Shown here in pieces: positions 24,912 to 36,206 of a stretch of DNA of 64,000 nt. A program made the position numbers and the translations under genes. This stretch comes from Lytechinus pictus (taxonomy: Eukaryota), in NCBI RefSeq assembly GCF_037042905.1, contig NC_087246.1, positions 2,358,001-2,422,000 of the forward strand. The letters run 5' to 3'. Within the stretch, counting starts at the first letter, position 1. The number at the start of each line of letters is the position of its first letter. The notes under the pieces are model-generated. The model had not been told where the DNA came from. It was given only the letters and a program-made list of their open reading frames with translations, and searched no databases.

Positions 24912-27106
24912 CAGTCCAGTGGCGTACCGTGGGTCACGGCATTGGGGGGGCACCAGCAAAAATTTCGAGTCGCTCAGTGTATAGGCCTATTGACCTTATA
25001 TAGAGACATTTTAAGGACTGTGCCATTAAACGGATATGTAATGTATCTCACTGATCAAATGATGCGAGCGCGAAGCGCGAGCTGAAAATTTTTGAAATTC
25101 ATACCTAAAAATAGGGTCAAAATAAGCTATTAAATAAAAATAAAAAATACGGATCTGTCTCGCTAAACAAACAATGCGAGCGCGAGCTGAAATTTTTGTA
25201 TTTATTGACCCCAAACAGAGACAGTTTAAGGATTATTTTTTAGAAATCAAATAAGAGAATACATATCTCACCATACTCATCTAATTTGAGTGCCAAGCGC
25301 TTGCTGATTTTGTTAGAAAACATGAAACACCATTTGTAGTCATTGTAATCATGATTAAAATACGCATCTCACTAATCATATATTGCGAGCGCGAAGCGCG
25401 AGCTAAAAATTTAGGAAATTCAGACCTGAAGAGAAGCATTCTAAGGCTTGTTTGTAAGAATTTACGAAGACCATACGTACTTCACGTACAAAATGATGCG
25501 AGCGCGAAGCGCGAGCTGAAAATTTTGTATATATTGACCCCAAACAGGGACATTTTAAGGACTATTTCTTTTTTTGAATCCATTAATAGTATACATATCT
25601 CACCATAGTCATCCAATGCGAGTGCCAAGCGATTGCTGATTTTGTTAGAATCACATTCAAACACATGAAGAGCTTTTTGTAGTCATAGTAATCATGATTA
25701 TCATACGCATCTCAGTAGCGCAAAGTGCGAGCTGAAAATATAGGAAATTCAGATCTGAAGAGGGGCATTCTAAGGCTTGTTTGTAGAAATCTACTATGAC
25801 CATACGTATTTCACTAAACAAATGATGCGAGCGCGAAGCTCGAGCTGAAAATTTTTGATATTTACATTAGAAAAAGAGACATTTTAAGGACCGATTTCAG
25901 GAATTCATGAAGAGCAGACAAATCTCATCAAAGGCCACTAATTCGAACGTAAGCGCGAACACGAACAAGGATTTTTTTTTATATACAGACCGTAAAATGG
26001 GGCTATCACTTTAAGTAGTCATGAACGAAGCATATGTCACTACATAAAACAATAATAACCCGAAGTGCGATGATATATATTTGGTGCATATTGACTTGAA
26101 AACAGGACGTTTTGGTACAACATGATTGTACATGTATCCCGGGGGGGCCACTTACATTGACGAGTGGATACCATGCGCGACCAAAAAACACGTAAAAAGG
26201 ATGTCTTTTTCAAGATAGGGCACGTTACGTACGTAACGTGATAAGGGTGTCAAAAACACAAAAATATTGAAAAAAGGGTATCTATTTCGCTCGGAAAATG
26301 TACGTGTTTAGGGTCAAATATGCGGGGATGATGAAACAAAATCAAAATGTTTTTATAAAGGATGTCCTTTTTGCCCCAACACTACGTGTTTAGAGTCCGA
26401 TTTGCGCGAGGTGTGAAAGGTGGGGCCTACTAAACCAACATAATGGTGTGTAAAGGTAAAACCGACGACCGACGGGCCCGTGACATAACAATTAAATATC
26501 GCTGTACTTGTTTAGGGGTTCATTTCAGGAAATACTTGCCAAGAGTATCGTTTTGTTTCTAATAGGCCTACTTGTTAAGGGGTGCATTTTCAGAAAATGG
26601 AAAATACATTGCTATACTTGTTTAGGGGCTCAATTCTGGGAATACTTGCCAATAGTATTTGTTTCCAATACTTGTTAAGGGTAGGGTTTCACACGCCAAT
26701 ACTTGTTAAGGGGTGCATTTTCAGAATATGGAAAATACGTGTTTAGGGTGCTTTTCAAGACCCCGTGGTCGCGCATGGTATCCACTCGTCAATGGAAGTG
26801 CCCCCCCCCCCCCGGGACATGTATATCTCGTTAAACAGACAATGCTAGTACCATGAATAATGAACAAATAGGCCCTGAGCACATTATGTTTCATAAAGTT
26901 ATGAAAAAAAAAAATTCTTATGTAATATAACACAACATATAATATAATATAACATTATAATGTACAATAAATTCTTCTTTCCCACTACGTTTCTTTTTTC
27001 TCCCTCTTTTTTCCCTTTTCTCCCGTTTTTTTTTTTTTTTTTTGCCAGCCGATTGGGGGGGGGGGGCACGTGCCCCCCCATGCCCCCCCCCGTAGTTACG
27101 CCACTG
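24912..27106. mobile_element. hAT-like non-autonomous element (CAGTGGCGTA family)
   Basis: CAGTGGCGTA (24917) ... TACGCCACTG (27106); TATATGTA at 24904-24911 and 27107-27114, with an extra CAGTC at the left end; internal GCGAGCGCGAAGCGCGAGC repeats. Confidence 0.75.
26138..26816. mobile_element. Unclassified TIR element with CCCGGG-polyG termini and 8-bp TSD
   Basis: About 45-bp TIR CCCGGG(G)n..CACTT.CATTGACGAGTGGATACCATGCGCGACCA; exact TSD ACATGTAT; internal TACTTGTTTAGGG repeats. Confidence 0.85.
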
Positions 27107-27119
27107 TATATGTACATCC

Positions 27120-28920
27120 ATTAATGGAATTAAGAAAGGGTTATTTCTAAGGGAGTACCCAAGGGATCTCTCCTTGGACCCTTACTGTTAATTTCATTTA
27201 TTGATGATATAATTTCTGTATATTTAAAGACTGCACCGTACACCTTTATGCTAACGATACAATCATATATTTCTCACATAAAGATATCGGAGTAATTGAA
27301 CTCGTCCTTAATAGGGAACTTGAAAGTTTATATGCCTGGATGAACCAGAATAATTTGAAGATCAACTATATGATAAAACTGTGAACATGTTGATTGGTAC
27401 ACCTAAAATGCTTAATTTACAATTGAAAATTGTCATACATTGACTTGAGTGAAAAGCTTTAAGTACCTAGGTGTCTTATTGTGGACGAAAACATGAAGTG
27501 GTACTATCACAAAAACTATTTATGTCAAAGAATGATTGGTTATATCGCACGGCGTAAAGCATTTTGTAAATTTGTCAGAAGTTAATATATAAATCAATAA
27601 TTTTACCTCATTTTTTTTATTATGGTGAGATTATCTATCAATCTGCAAACAAATCTCTTTTTGACCAACTTCTAAAAATTAAAAATAGAGCTGGAAGTAT
27701 ATTAACCCTAATTCTCCCGGGGGGGGCCATAATGGCCCCCCCCTCGACAATTTTCGCGATATATCCGCTGCGCAAATTTTTTTGACCTCGCCGCTCACTG
27801 ACTTTTTACTTTCAAGTCTCGCGCAAATTTTGAGACCAAATTTGTGACGACCGGATACGCGGTTACGACATTACGCAACATTATGTAAGTGCATGTCAGA
27901 CCCAAAATTGCTCACAAACGTGATTTCATGTACAAATCCAATGCATATTGTGTATTTAGACAAAATTCATAAATGTATCATTATTTCTACTTTTACTGAT
28001 TGAATTTAATTAATTTTGCCTTGCTTATGATCAGAATTAAGTCTGGAACGATTTCCATTGAAAAACAATAAAAAAACAAAAAGTAAAAAAAACAAGGAAA
28101 TACATAAGAAATTCATAAAACAATAAAATACATAAGAAATTGATTTCCAAACTGAAGTTTTTTTTAATTGCGATTGTTAAGAATGCTACAAAGAATATTT
28201 TAACCAAAAATTAGCATTCTAGGAGCTTTATTTAGTGAATTAGAGCAAAAAGTATGATTTATGCATAAATTAGCATAATTAATTCATATAAAATAAAATC
28301 TCATTATTTTGGAAAATTTTACCATACAGCCTTGTAGATTACATCGCACACAACCAGCGTGCAAATTTTTGCGTCGCTCGAGCGATCAGCGGCCGAGATC
28401 TTAAGGGGGGGCCATAATGGCCCCCCCCCCCGGGAATGACAAGAATCAAAATACCCCGGGAGATTGAGGGTTAAATCTTGAAAATTGACCCCTATACACA
28501 CTTCTACCTCTATCTCAAATTTATTCTGGGTTGGGACACTATTCAAAAGAGACAGTATACTCACTTGATATTATTCATGTATAAGATTAGTAACATGTCA
28601 ACTGAATATATGAAAAATATGTTTCATACAAAAGCTACTCTTCACTAGCGTATCCAGCATCAACTATGACAGAGAAATGTATGGGCCAATGTACAAGCAT
28701 GGTCCAGGTCACTATTGTCCCCAGACAATTGGGCCCATGAAATGCTTTGTAGGATCTGATGCTGGATACATGCCATGCTCTTAGAAATGAAAATAATATA
28801 TGTTTGCCCAGACCTAGAACAAAAAGTTGTAAAAGATCTTTCTCCTACAGAGCTGCCTCTGAATTTACCAGAATCCCTTTTTATTTGCGTAATGTCACCA
28901 CTTTCATTTCTTCAACCTTA
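27120..28920 (+). pseudogene. Degenerate CR1/L2-group LINE ORF2 remnant, interrupted by a MITE
   Basis: Frameshifted GVP-QGSLLGPLL motif near 27151, LYANDTIIY (YADD-like) near 27244, C-terminal LPRPRTKSCKRSFSYRA near 28804; many stops. Confidence 0.75.
27706..28470. mobile_element. piggyBac-type MITE
   Basis: TTAA|CCCTAATTCTCCCGGGG ... CCCCGGGAGATTGAGGG|TTAA; palindrome GGGGGGCCATAATGGCCCCCC near both ends. Confidence 0.85.
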
Positions 28921-29493
28921 AAAGGCATCATCCCCCCCTCTTCGCTTCGCACGATATATCTGAAACGCAGATCGCAAGGCAAAATTTTATGACTTTTTAA
29001 AAAGTCTCACGCAACTGTTGAGACCAAATTCGCGACATATGGGTATAGCATCGCGGCGCCACATGACTGTTTACGAGACAATATGCCGAAAATGGCTAAT
29101 TTTTATGAAAAGTGTATGGGAGATGAAATTCATAGAATGGTGATTTTTGTTTTAATTGGTTTGCTTAATAAATTTAGGGTTTAATTTAGTTGTTAAATGG
29201 TCTGTAATAATTTCTATTGAAAAAACAAAAAAGATAACAAGGCAAACGCCAAGCGTTGTCTCGCCTGCATATTGCAGTCATGAAGAGACTGCATGTCAAA
29301 TCTGAAGGGTAACATTTAAGAAACTTTGACAGCTTTTCTATTGTACCATTGGCAAATGTGTGTGAATATTATAAATGGTGCCAAGAACTATAGCTCATTA
29401 AATAAATAACAACAGTTTTTAAAGAATAAACAAGTAAAATACAAAATCTGGTTCAGGTATAGAGAGTACTGAGTTCTGAAGTAAAATGTTAGT

Positions 29494-29648
29494 TGTAATG
29501 TATGTACTTATACTGGATACTTGTATTGCGCCATCTACTGTTGAGATGTGATACATTTATGCTAGCCAATTGGCACCTTAATAAAGACACTCTACAACCG
29601 TATCTCTTGGAGTCAAGACGTATCTTTTATTGTGCTCGTCACATCACA
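29494..29648 (+). repeat. 5' LTR (155 bp)
   Basis: TGTAATG...CATCACA, contains CCAAT and AATAAA; same as 34505-34659. Confidence 0.97.
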
Positions 29649-29662
29649 TGGTGTCAGAAGTG
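29649..29662 (+). promoter_or_regulatory. Primer binding site, probably tRNA-Leu
   Basis: TGGTGTCAGAAGTG directly after the 5' LTR; complementary to the recalled tRNA-Leu(CAA) 3' end CACTTCTGACACCA. Confidence 0.8.
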
Positions 29663-29697
29663 TTTAAGAACCAGCGCTTTCTTTAGAATTTATAACT

Positions 29698-32600
29698 ATG
29701 TCGGGTCTGCGACCTCCTGGACAACTGTCCTTTGAAGGGAACTTGTCCAAGAATTTCAACGATTGGATACGGGAATTTAACGTCTATGAGATTGCTACTC
29801 AACTGACGGAGAAGCCGGAGATTGTCCGGTGTGCAACTTTTCTCCACGTGGCAGGGCCACATGCTCAGGCTATATGCCAAACTTTTCAATTCGCGGATGA
29901 CGAAAGAAACAGGATAAATGCCTTGAAGCTGAAGTTCAGAAATTATTGTGAACCTAAAAAGAACACAACTGTGAACAGGTATTTGTTCAATACCCGCAAG
30001 CAGCATGACGGTGAGCCTTTTGCTAAGTTCCTGACGGAGATCAAAAGACTCGCAAACGACTGTGAGTTTGAGCAACTTGAGGAATCCCTACTGAAGGATC
30101 GCATCGTCTGCGGAATAAGGGATCAAGCGCTCCGGGAAAAACTCCTACAGATCGAGAACTTGACTTTAAAGCAGTGCACAGATATGTGTACTTTGGCGGA
30201 AGCCAGCGCCGAGCAAGTGAAACAGCTTTCCTCACACATCGACGGCGTCGAGAAAGGAGCCGTGGATGCCATCGACGCAAGGCGCCGAGGACGTGAAAGC
30301 GCTAGAGGGCAGCGAAATGGAAATGGAAGGGATGGAGACCACAGCTCGAAGTCATTCAGGCGAGATCAACGTCATGAACGTGGTCGACGTTATCCTGAAG
30401 ATAAACGCCCGACACAGGCAAACTGTAAATATTGCACATATCGACACGCAGATGTCGACAGATGTCCAGCCGAATTTGAGAAGTGCAAATCCTGTGGACG
30501 AGAAGGACACTTTTCGCGATCAATGTTGTGCCAGAACAACAATCAACACAGACGGAATGACAGCCGCCGCGACGACGATCGCCGCCGTGACGATGATCGC
30601 CCCGCCGAGAGACGACAGCGACAACGCCGTGACGCAGACGTCCGCGAAGTGAGAGCTGAGATGTACGACTACGAGGAAGATCAAGAGACTAAACGCCTTA
30701 ATGAGGATTTTGAGACATTATACATCGATGAGATATCGATCGGAGGAGAGAAAGATGACAAATGGACGCAATCATGTCAGATTGGAGATATTGACATTGA
30801 CTTTAAGTTAGATTGTGGATCACAGGTAGATATCATTCCAGAGTATGTGTTTAACAAGCTTAAACCTGCTATTAGAGATCGATTGAAAGGTAGCAGGTAT
30901 GTGTTATGCTCATTTTCAGGACATAGGATGGTCCCATTAGGAGAAATAACAACCAGAGTCAAGGCTGGTAAGAATACCCATGTAGCTAAGTTTCAAGTTG
31001 TGAGAGGGAACGTTAAAGCTATTTTAGGTAGAGAATCATGTACTAGTTTAGGTTTAATTGAACGGAAAAGTGTGGATGTGATTGATGGCGGTGTGGATAA
31101 GCGCGATGCTGATAACGCTAACAGCAAGGGTAGCGCGAAAAATGATGATTTGTTTGGTCTTGGTAGGCTGCGTTCACATGAGTATGACATCAAGATTAGG
31201 GGTGATGTGCAGCCTGTGCGTAATCCACCGCGCACAGTTCCCCATAAGCTGCGAGACGAAATAAAGAGAGAACTTGAGCGCATGGAAGGGCTAGGTGTTA
31301 TCACCCGCGTGGACGAGCCCACAGACTGGGTAAACAGTATGACTTATGTTAGGAAGCCTAACGGCGCTGTTCGCATATGCCTAGACCCCCGCAACCTAAA
31401 CGAAGCTATACAGCGAGAACATTATCCAATGCCGACATTTGAGCAAGTCTCAGCTAGAATGCCTAATGCGAGCATATTTTCGAAGTTTGACGCAACCAGT
31501 GGCTATTGGCAGTTGCCTTTAACAGATAGAAGCTCTTTTCTGACCACTTTCAACACCCCTTTTGGCAGGTATCGTTATAAAGTCCTCCCTTTTGGCATCT
31601 CTTCTGCTAGCGAAATCTGGCAGAGAGCCATGATTGATGAATTTGGGGAATTAGAAGGGGTAGAGGTGGTAGCGGATGATATTCTGGTATGGGGAGAGAA
31701 CAAAGAACAACATGATAAGAGACTAAATTCGTTCTATGACAAAGTTAGAGAATCTGGCCTAAAACTGAACAAGAATAAGTCGGTAGTGGGAACGCGCCGC
31801 ATCGAATACGTAGGACACGTGATATCTGGCGCGGGAATAGTGCCCAGCCCAGACCGTGTCAAATCAGTGGTGGACATGCCAAACCCCACCTGTCGGAAGG
31901 AAGTCGAAACATTCTTGGGGATGATAACCTACATGGGAAAATTCATTCCCAATCTTTCTCAAATAACAGCCCCCCTCAGGCAGTTAACTGAGAAAGATGT
32001 TGTTTGGCACTGGGACGAGATACACACCCAGGCCATAAATAAACTAAAGCGTGTTATCACGGCGGCGCCTGTTCTAGGATTATATAACCCTCGCGAGAAA
32101 GTTGTTCTAGCAACAGATGCATCAAATCAGGGCTTTGGGGCTGTTCTCACCCAAAGGGAGCAACCAATAGCATATGCATCGCGCCGCGTAACAAGTGCCG
32201 AACGGAACTACGCCCCTATTGAGAAGGAGCTATGCGCCATACTATATGCCTGTCGGAAATTCCATGATTACATAGTGGGCCAGAAAACAAAAATCTACAC
32301 CGATCATAAACCACTGATCGGAATATTCGCGAAGCCGCTGTACAAGCTGAGTCCGCGAATCCAGCGCATGAGAATGCATCTTCTGCGCTATGACATCGAG
32401 CTATCTTGGAAACCGGGACGTGAAATGTTCATACCAGACGCGCTCAGTCGCTTGCCGTGTGTGAACGCGCCTTCGGAAAAGGTGCTTGAGGAAGTATATT
32501 TGATCGAAGGTGTTCTGCACATGTCAGCAGAAAAACTGCAACGTCTGAAAGAGGAAACAAAGGGGGATACCACCCTTCAAACACTAGGTAGATACATTCT

Positions 32601-33828
32601 AGGCGGGTGGCCCAGTGACAAGCGCGACCTCCCTGTAGAAATTGCGCCATATCATGCCTATCACGATGAGCTGGTTATCATAGATGACGTAATTCTTAGA
32701 AGCAATAGAATCGTGGTTCCATCAAGCATGCGTAGGGAGATATTGGGCGCTCTCCACGAATCCCATCTGGGAATAGTAAAGATAAAGCAAAGAGCGAGAA
32801 ATTTGTTCGCGTGGCCTGGTATGAACGCGCAAATAGAGGAGGCTGTAGCAATGTGCTCGGTATGCCAGGCCAATCGAAATGCACAAAGCAGCGAGCCTTT
32901 AAAGCCACATGAAATCCCAAATCGCCCGTGGGCTAAGTTAGGAGCGGATATATTTCATCTGGACGGAAAGAATTTCTTACTGGTGGTTGATTATTACTCT
33001 AAGTTTCCGGAAGTACAACTAATTCAGGATCTGACGGCGCATACAGTCATTCAAGAGATGAAGGCAATATTTTCCAGAAATGGTATTCCCGACATCTTGA
33101 TGACTGACAATGCCCGGCAATTCAAATGCTCAGAATTCAAAGAGTTTGAACGCCAGTGGGAATTTACCCATATAACATCAAGTCCTATGTACCCGCAAAG
33201 CAATGGCCAAGCAGAAAGAACCGTTCAGACGATTAAGAACCTCATAAAAAAGGCAAAGCTAGGCAAACAAGACCCGTTCTACTCCATACTTGAGTATAGG
33301 AACACGCCCATCGATGGGACTGATGGTCATGCTCCTGCACAGCTGTTAAACAGTCGGCTATTGCGGAGCAAGCTCCCATGTCCCATCGAGCTGCTAAAGC
33401 CGCACGCTGTCCCTCCGGCGGGACAGCTGCTGTCCGAAAGACAGCGTAAACAAGCGAGGTATCACGATACCAAATCGAGAAACAAAGACCTCCCACATCT
33501 CGACCCAGACCAGCTGGTGCGATTCAAGGCGCGCCCAAGCGAGTGGATCCAGGGTCGCGTTGTCGATGCTCATGAGTCACCAAGGAGCTACCTCATCAAC
33601 TCACCACGTGGTGAGTTTCGGAGGAACAGGCGAGATATCCGAATCTCGAAAGAGCGCGAAAATATGGAGCGTCGGGCAAGACCAATCGCGGAAGCGTTTT
33701 CTGCCCACCAACCGCAGCCAAGCCCAAGCGATGCTCGTCCACACCCAAATCCAACACACATCCACACCGCACCATACACTACGAGGAGTGGCCGGGTATC
33801 GAGGCCTCCCGATCGCTTGACTATGTAA
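29698..33828 (+). CDS. Gag-Pol polyprotein (gag, two Cys-His boxes, PR, RT, RNase H, IN), 1376 aa, single frame
   Basis: CKYCTYRH..C / CKSCGREGH..C; LDCGS protease; LPFG and VADD in RT; TDAS, YAPIEKE and TDHKPL in RNase H; HHCC, TDN and SNGQAER in integrase; PR-RT-RH-IN order; C-terminal TTRSGRVSRPP. Confidence 0.97.
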   Translation: MSGLRPPGQLSFEGNLSKNFNDWIREFNVYEIATQLTEKPEIVRCATFLHVAGPHAQAICQTFQFADDERNRINALKLKFRNYCEPKKNTTVNRYLFNTRKQHDGEPFAKFLTEIKRLANDCEFEQLEESLLKDRIVCGIRDQALREKLLQIENLTLKQCTDMCTLAEASAEQVKQLSSHIDGVEKGAVDAIDARRRGRESARGQRNGNGRDGDHSSKSFRRDQRHERGRRYPEDKRPTQANCKYCTYRHADVDRCPAEFEKCKSCGREGHFSRSMLCQNNNQHRRNDSRRDDDRRRDDDRPAERRQRQRRDADVREVRAEMYDYEEDQETKRLNEDFETLYIDEISIGGEKDDKWTQSCQIGDIDIDFKLDCGSQVDIIPEYVFNKLKPAIRDRLKGSRYVLCSFSGHRMVPLGEITTRVKAGKNTHVAKFQVVRGNVKAILGRESCTSLGLIERKSVDVIDGGVDKRDADNANSKGSAKNDDLFGLGRLRSHEYDIKIRGDVQPVRNPPRTVPHKLRDEIKRELERMEGLGVITRVDEPTDWVNSMTYVRKPNGAVRICLDPRNLNEAIQREHYPMPTFEQVSARMPNASIFSKFDATSGYWQLPLTDRSSFLTTFNTPFGRYRYKVLPFGISSASEIWQRAMIDEFGELEGVEVVADDILVWGENKEQHDKRLNSFYDKVRESGLKLNKNKSVVGTRRIEYVGHVISGAGIVPSPDRVKSVVDMPNPTCRKEVETFLGMITYMGKFIPNLSQITAPLRQLTEKDVVWHWDEIHTQAINKLKRVITAAPVLGLYNPREKVVLATDASNQGFGAVLTQREQPIAYASRRVTSAERNYAPIEKELCAILYACRKFHDYIVGQKTKIYTDHKPLIGIFAKPLYKLSPRIQRMRMHLLRYDIELSWKPGREMFIPDALSRLPCVNAPSEKVLEEVYLIEGVLHMSAEKLQRLKEETKGDTTLQTLGRYILGGWPSDKRDLPVEIAPYHAYHDELVIIDDVILRSNRIVVPSSMRREILGALHESHLGIVKIKQRARNLFAWPGMNAQIEEAVAMCSVCQANRNAQSSEPLKPHEIPNRPWAKLGADIFHLDGKNFLLVVDYYSKFPEVQLIQDLTAHTVIQEMKAIFSRNGIPDILMTDNARQFKCSEFKEFERQWEFTHITSSPMYPQSNGQAERTVQTIKNLIKKAKLGKQDPFYSILEYRNTPIDGTDGHAPAQLLNSRLLRSKLPCPIELLKPHAVPPAGQLLSERQRKQARYHDTKSRNKDLPHLDPDQLVRFKARPSEWIQGRVVDAHESPRSYLINSPRGEFRRNRRDIRISKERENMERRARPIAEAFSAHQPQPSPSDARPHPNPTHIHTAPYTTRSGRVSRPPDRLTM

Positions 33829-34504
33829 ATAAAATGTAAATAATATGAGTTGGACTGAAGAGTTACAACATTTACTTGGTGAACTGTTTACGTTTAATGC
33901 CTACGGTTACTGTTTCTGTATAAGGCAAAGTAATGCTGTTTTTTTTTTCTTTTCCTTGTCTGTAATCATCTCGAACATGATTGGTTATATCAATATGATC
34001 ATAAATGCATAATTTCCTTTGCTATGACCGAGATTCCTCATTTTCTCTACAATACACACATTCTCAATTTCTTTCTTCTTCCCTCCTTGCGGAACAAGCC
34101 TAATGTATATATGTATTATATTTTCTGTTCATGTAACTTGCTTGACAAATTAGTATTAGTTGTATGTCTGTAAGTGTACCATTTAAAATCGTCACATTCG
34201 ACAGCGGTAACTATTAAAGCTGTGTTTTCCAAGAAATAAGTATATGGATGAATTATAAATAAATAGATAAGCGAGTTAAGAGGACCATAATTCTTTACAG
34301 TTATGGGTGATGAGGGCAACAAATGTCACTGCATAATAACAATTTTGTCATGTTTTCAAACTTCAAGTGAAAGTGTAATATTATTGTTTATGTTTACTAC
34401 ACGAACAAAGCAAGATTTATATTGACTGTGTTCTGTGCTTATAAATCGCTTTCCTAATACTTTCTGATATGTCATTCATGATTGTAACACCAGGGGAAGG
34501 GGGA

Positions 34505-34659
34505 TGTAATGTATGTACTTATACTGGATACTTGTATTGCGCCATCTACTGTTGAGATGTGATACATTTATGCTAGCCAATTGGCACCTTAATAAAGACA
34601 CTCTACAACCGTATCTCTTGGAGTCAAGACGTATCTTTTATTGTGCTCGTCACATCACA
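34505..34659 (+). repeat. 3' LTR (155 bp)
   Basis: Preceded by the polypurine tract 34492-34504; same as the 5' LTR. Confidence 0.97.
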
Positions 34660-34717
34660 TTAGTGTTAAAAAGTATGAAATTATAAAGTTCATGTCACTA
34701 GAGGAACAAAGTAGTGT

Positions 34718-35470
34718 GAAAGTTCATTGACCTTTGACCTTAATCAAATTCAACTCACATTCGAACCTGACCTGCACCTTCAAGAGATGGACCTCTGTTA
34801 CGAGTTTGGCGATCCCACCTCGAAGCTATAGAAATGTATTGTGTGTACAAAATAGCACAGTGCCAGTCATGGAAAGTTCATTGACCTTTGACCTTAATCA
34901 AATTCAACTCACATTTGAACTTGACCTGCACCTTCAAGAGATGGACCTCTTGTATGAATTTGGCAATCCTACCTCGAAGATATAAAAAGTTATTATGTGT
35001 ACAACACAGCACAGTGCCAGTCATGGAAAGTTCATTGACCTTTGACCTTATTCAAATTCGGCTCACATTTGAACTTGACCTGCACCTTCAAGAGATGGAC
35101 CTCTGTTATGAATTTGGCGATCTCACCTCGAAGCTATAGAAAGTTATTGTGTGTACAACACAGCACAGTGCCAGTCATGGAAAGTTCATTGACCTTTGAC
35201 CTTATTCACATTCGACTAATATTCGAACTTGACCTGTGCCTTCAGGAGATGGACCTCTGGTATGAATTTGGCGATCCCACCTCAAAGATATAAAAAGTTA
35301 TTATGTGTACAACATAGCACAGTGCCAGTCATGGAAAGTTCATTGACCTTTGACCTTATTCAAATTTGACTCATATTCGAACTTGACCTGTGCCTTCAGG
35401 AGATGGACCTCTGGTATGAAATTGGTGATCCCACCTCGAAGCTATAGAAAGTTATTGGGTGTACAACACA
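34718..35470. repeat. 154-bp tandem repeat, about 5 copies
   Basis: GAAAGTTCATTGACCTTTGACCTT recurs with a 154-bp period (ORF starts 34734, 34888, 35042). Confidence 0.92.
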
Positions 35471-36206
35471 ATTGTTGACGACGACGACGCCGACGCCGGA
35501 AATAGTGATACCTATGTCTCGCTCCGCTACACAGGCGAGACAAAAACCAAAGAAATACATTAAAAATTCTAAAAACAAAGCAATACATAAGGAGAAATTG
35601 GCTTTCGCAATTTTTCTTCGCGGAAACCTTTGAATTAGATTACAAAGATGACATCTGAAAAAAAATTGAAGTGAAATTGGTGTTATGCAAATAATGTTTT
35701 TCACGTATAAATTTGCATATTTTATTCATAATAAATAAAAAGTAATTATTTTCAGAATTTTTTTTTATACTGGCTTGTAGTTTATGTGGTAAAGAATCTG
35801 CGTGCCAAATTTCGCTGCGATCCCGCGAACAGCGGCCAAGATCAGAAGGGGACCATACCAACCAAACAACCGACCAACCAACCAATCAATCAAACCCTCT
35901 ATCAGAGATACCAGCCAACTGGTCTCCCATATTCATCCTTTACAGATTTAAAAGTACACACCAATCACTCCATCAAGACATCAATTGGTTGATATTCTAT
36001 ACAATCATCTTTTAATATGTGTCTCTATATACATGTATATCAATTCACATAAAACATTTAAAAATCCTTCCACATAATAGCAATGGAAATTAATCACATT
36101 TAGTTATCAATATTTATATGTGTAATTCATAGAAATAAATAAGAAATAGTCTGATAAATAGAAAATGTGACTGTCTTGCAAATATGATATTATAAGATAT
36201 TTAAAA

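Larger units (their letters stand above)
29494..34659 (+). mobile_element. Intact Ty3/Gypsy LTR retrotransposon (Mag/SURL-like)
   Basis: TG..CA LTRs 29494-29648 and 34505-34659, identical by eye; TSD TTAGT (29489-29493, 34660-34664); PBS TGGTGTCAGAAGTG; PPT AGGGGAAGGGGGA. Confidence 0.97.
29236..35546. mobile_element. Helentron-associated (HINE/Tsp/pearl-like) element with 154-bp tandem array, interrupted by Gypsy
   Basis: AACAAG start, subterminal IR TTGTCTCGCCTG / CAGGCGAGACAA, tandem array, (GAC/GCC)n microsatellite at 35477-35497, terminal hairpin TGTCTCGC..GCGAGACA followed by an A-run. Confidence 0.75.
28930..35852. mobile_element. Degraded relative of the 27706-28470 MITE, split by a HINE-like element and the Gypsy insertion
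   Basis: 28930-29235 and 35547-35852 are colinear with the left and right halves of 27706-28470; termini are lost. Confidence 0.6.

Noticed and set aside
29683..33820. Antisense and overlapping ORFs inside gag-pol
   Set aside because: Short shadow ORFs expected in higher-GC coding DNA; no motifs.
33829..34491. env-like third ORF in the Gypsy element
   Set aside because: No plus-strand ORF of 60 aa or more in the track; the region is AT-rich and UTR-like.
34734..35293. Three near-identical 83-aa ORFs as a peptide gene array
   Set aside because: They result from the 154-bp tandem unit, start at TTG and shift frame with each unit.
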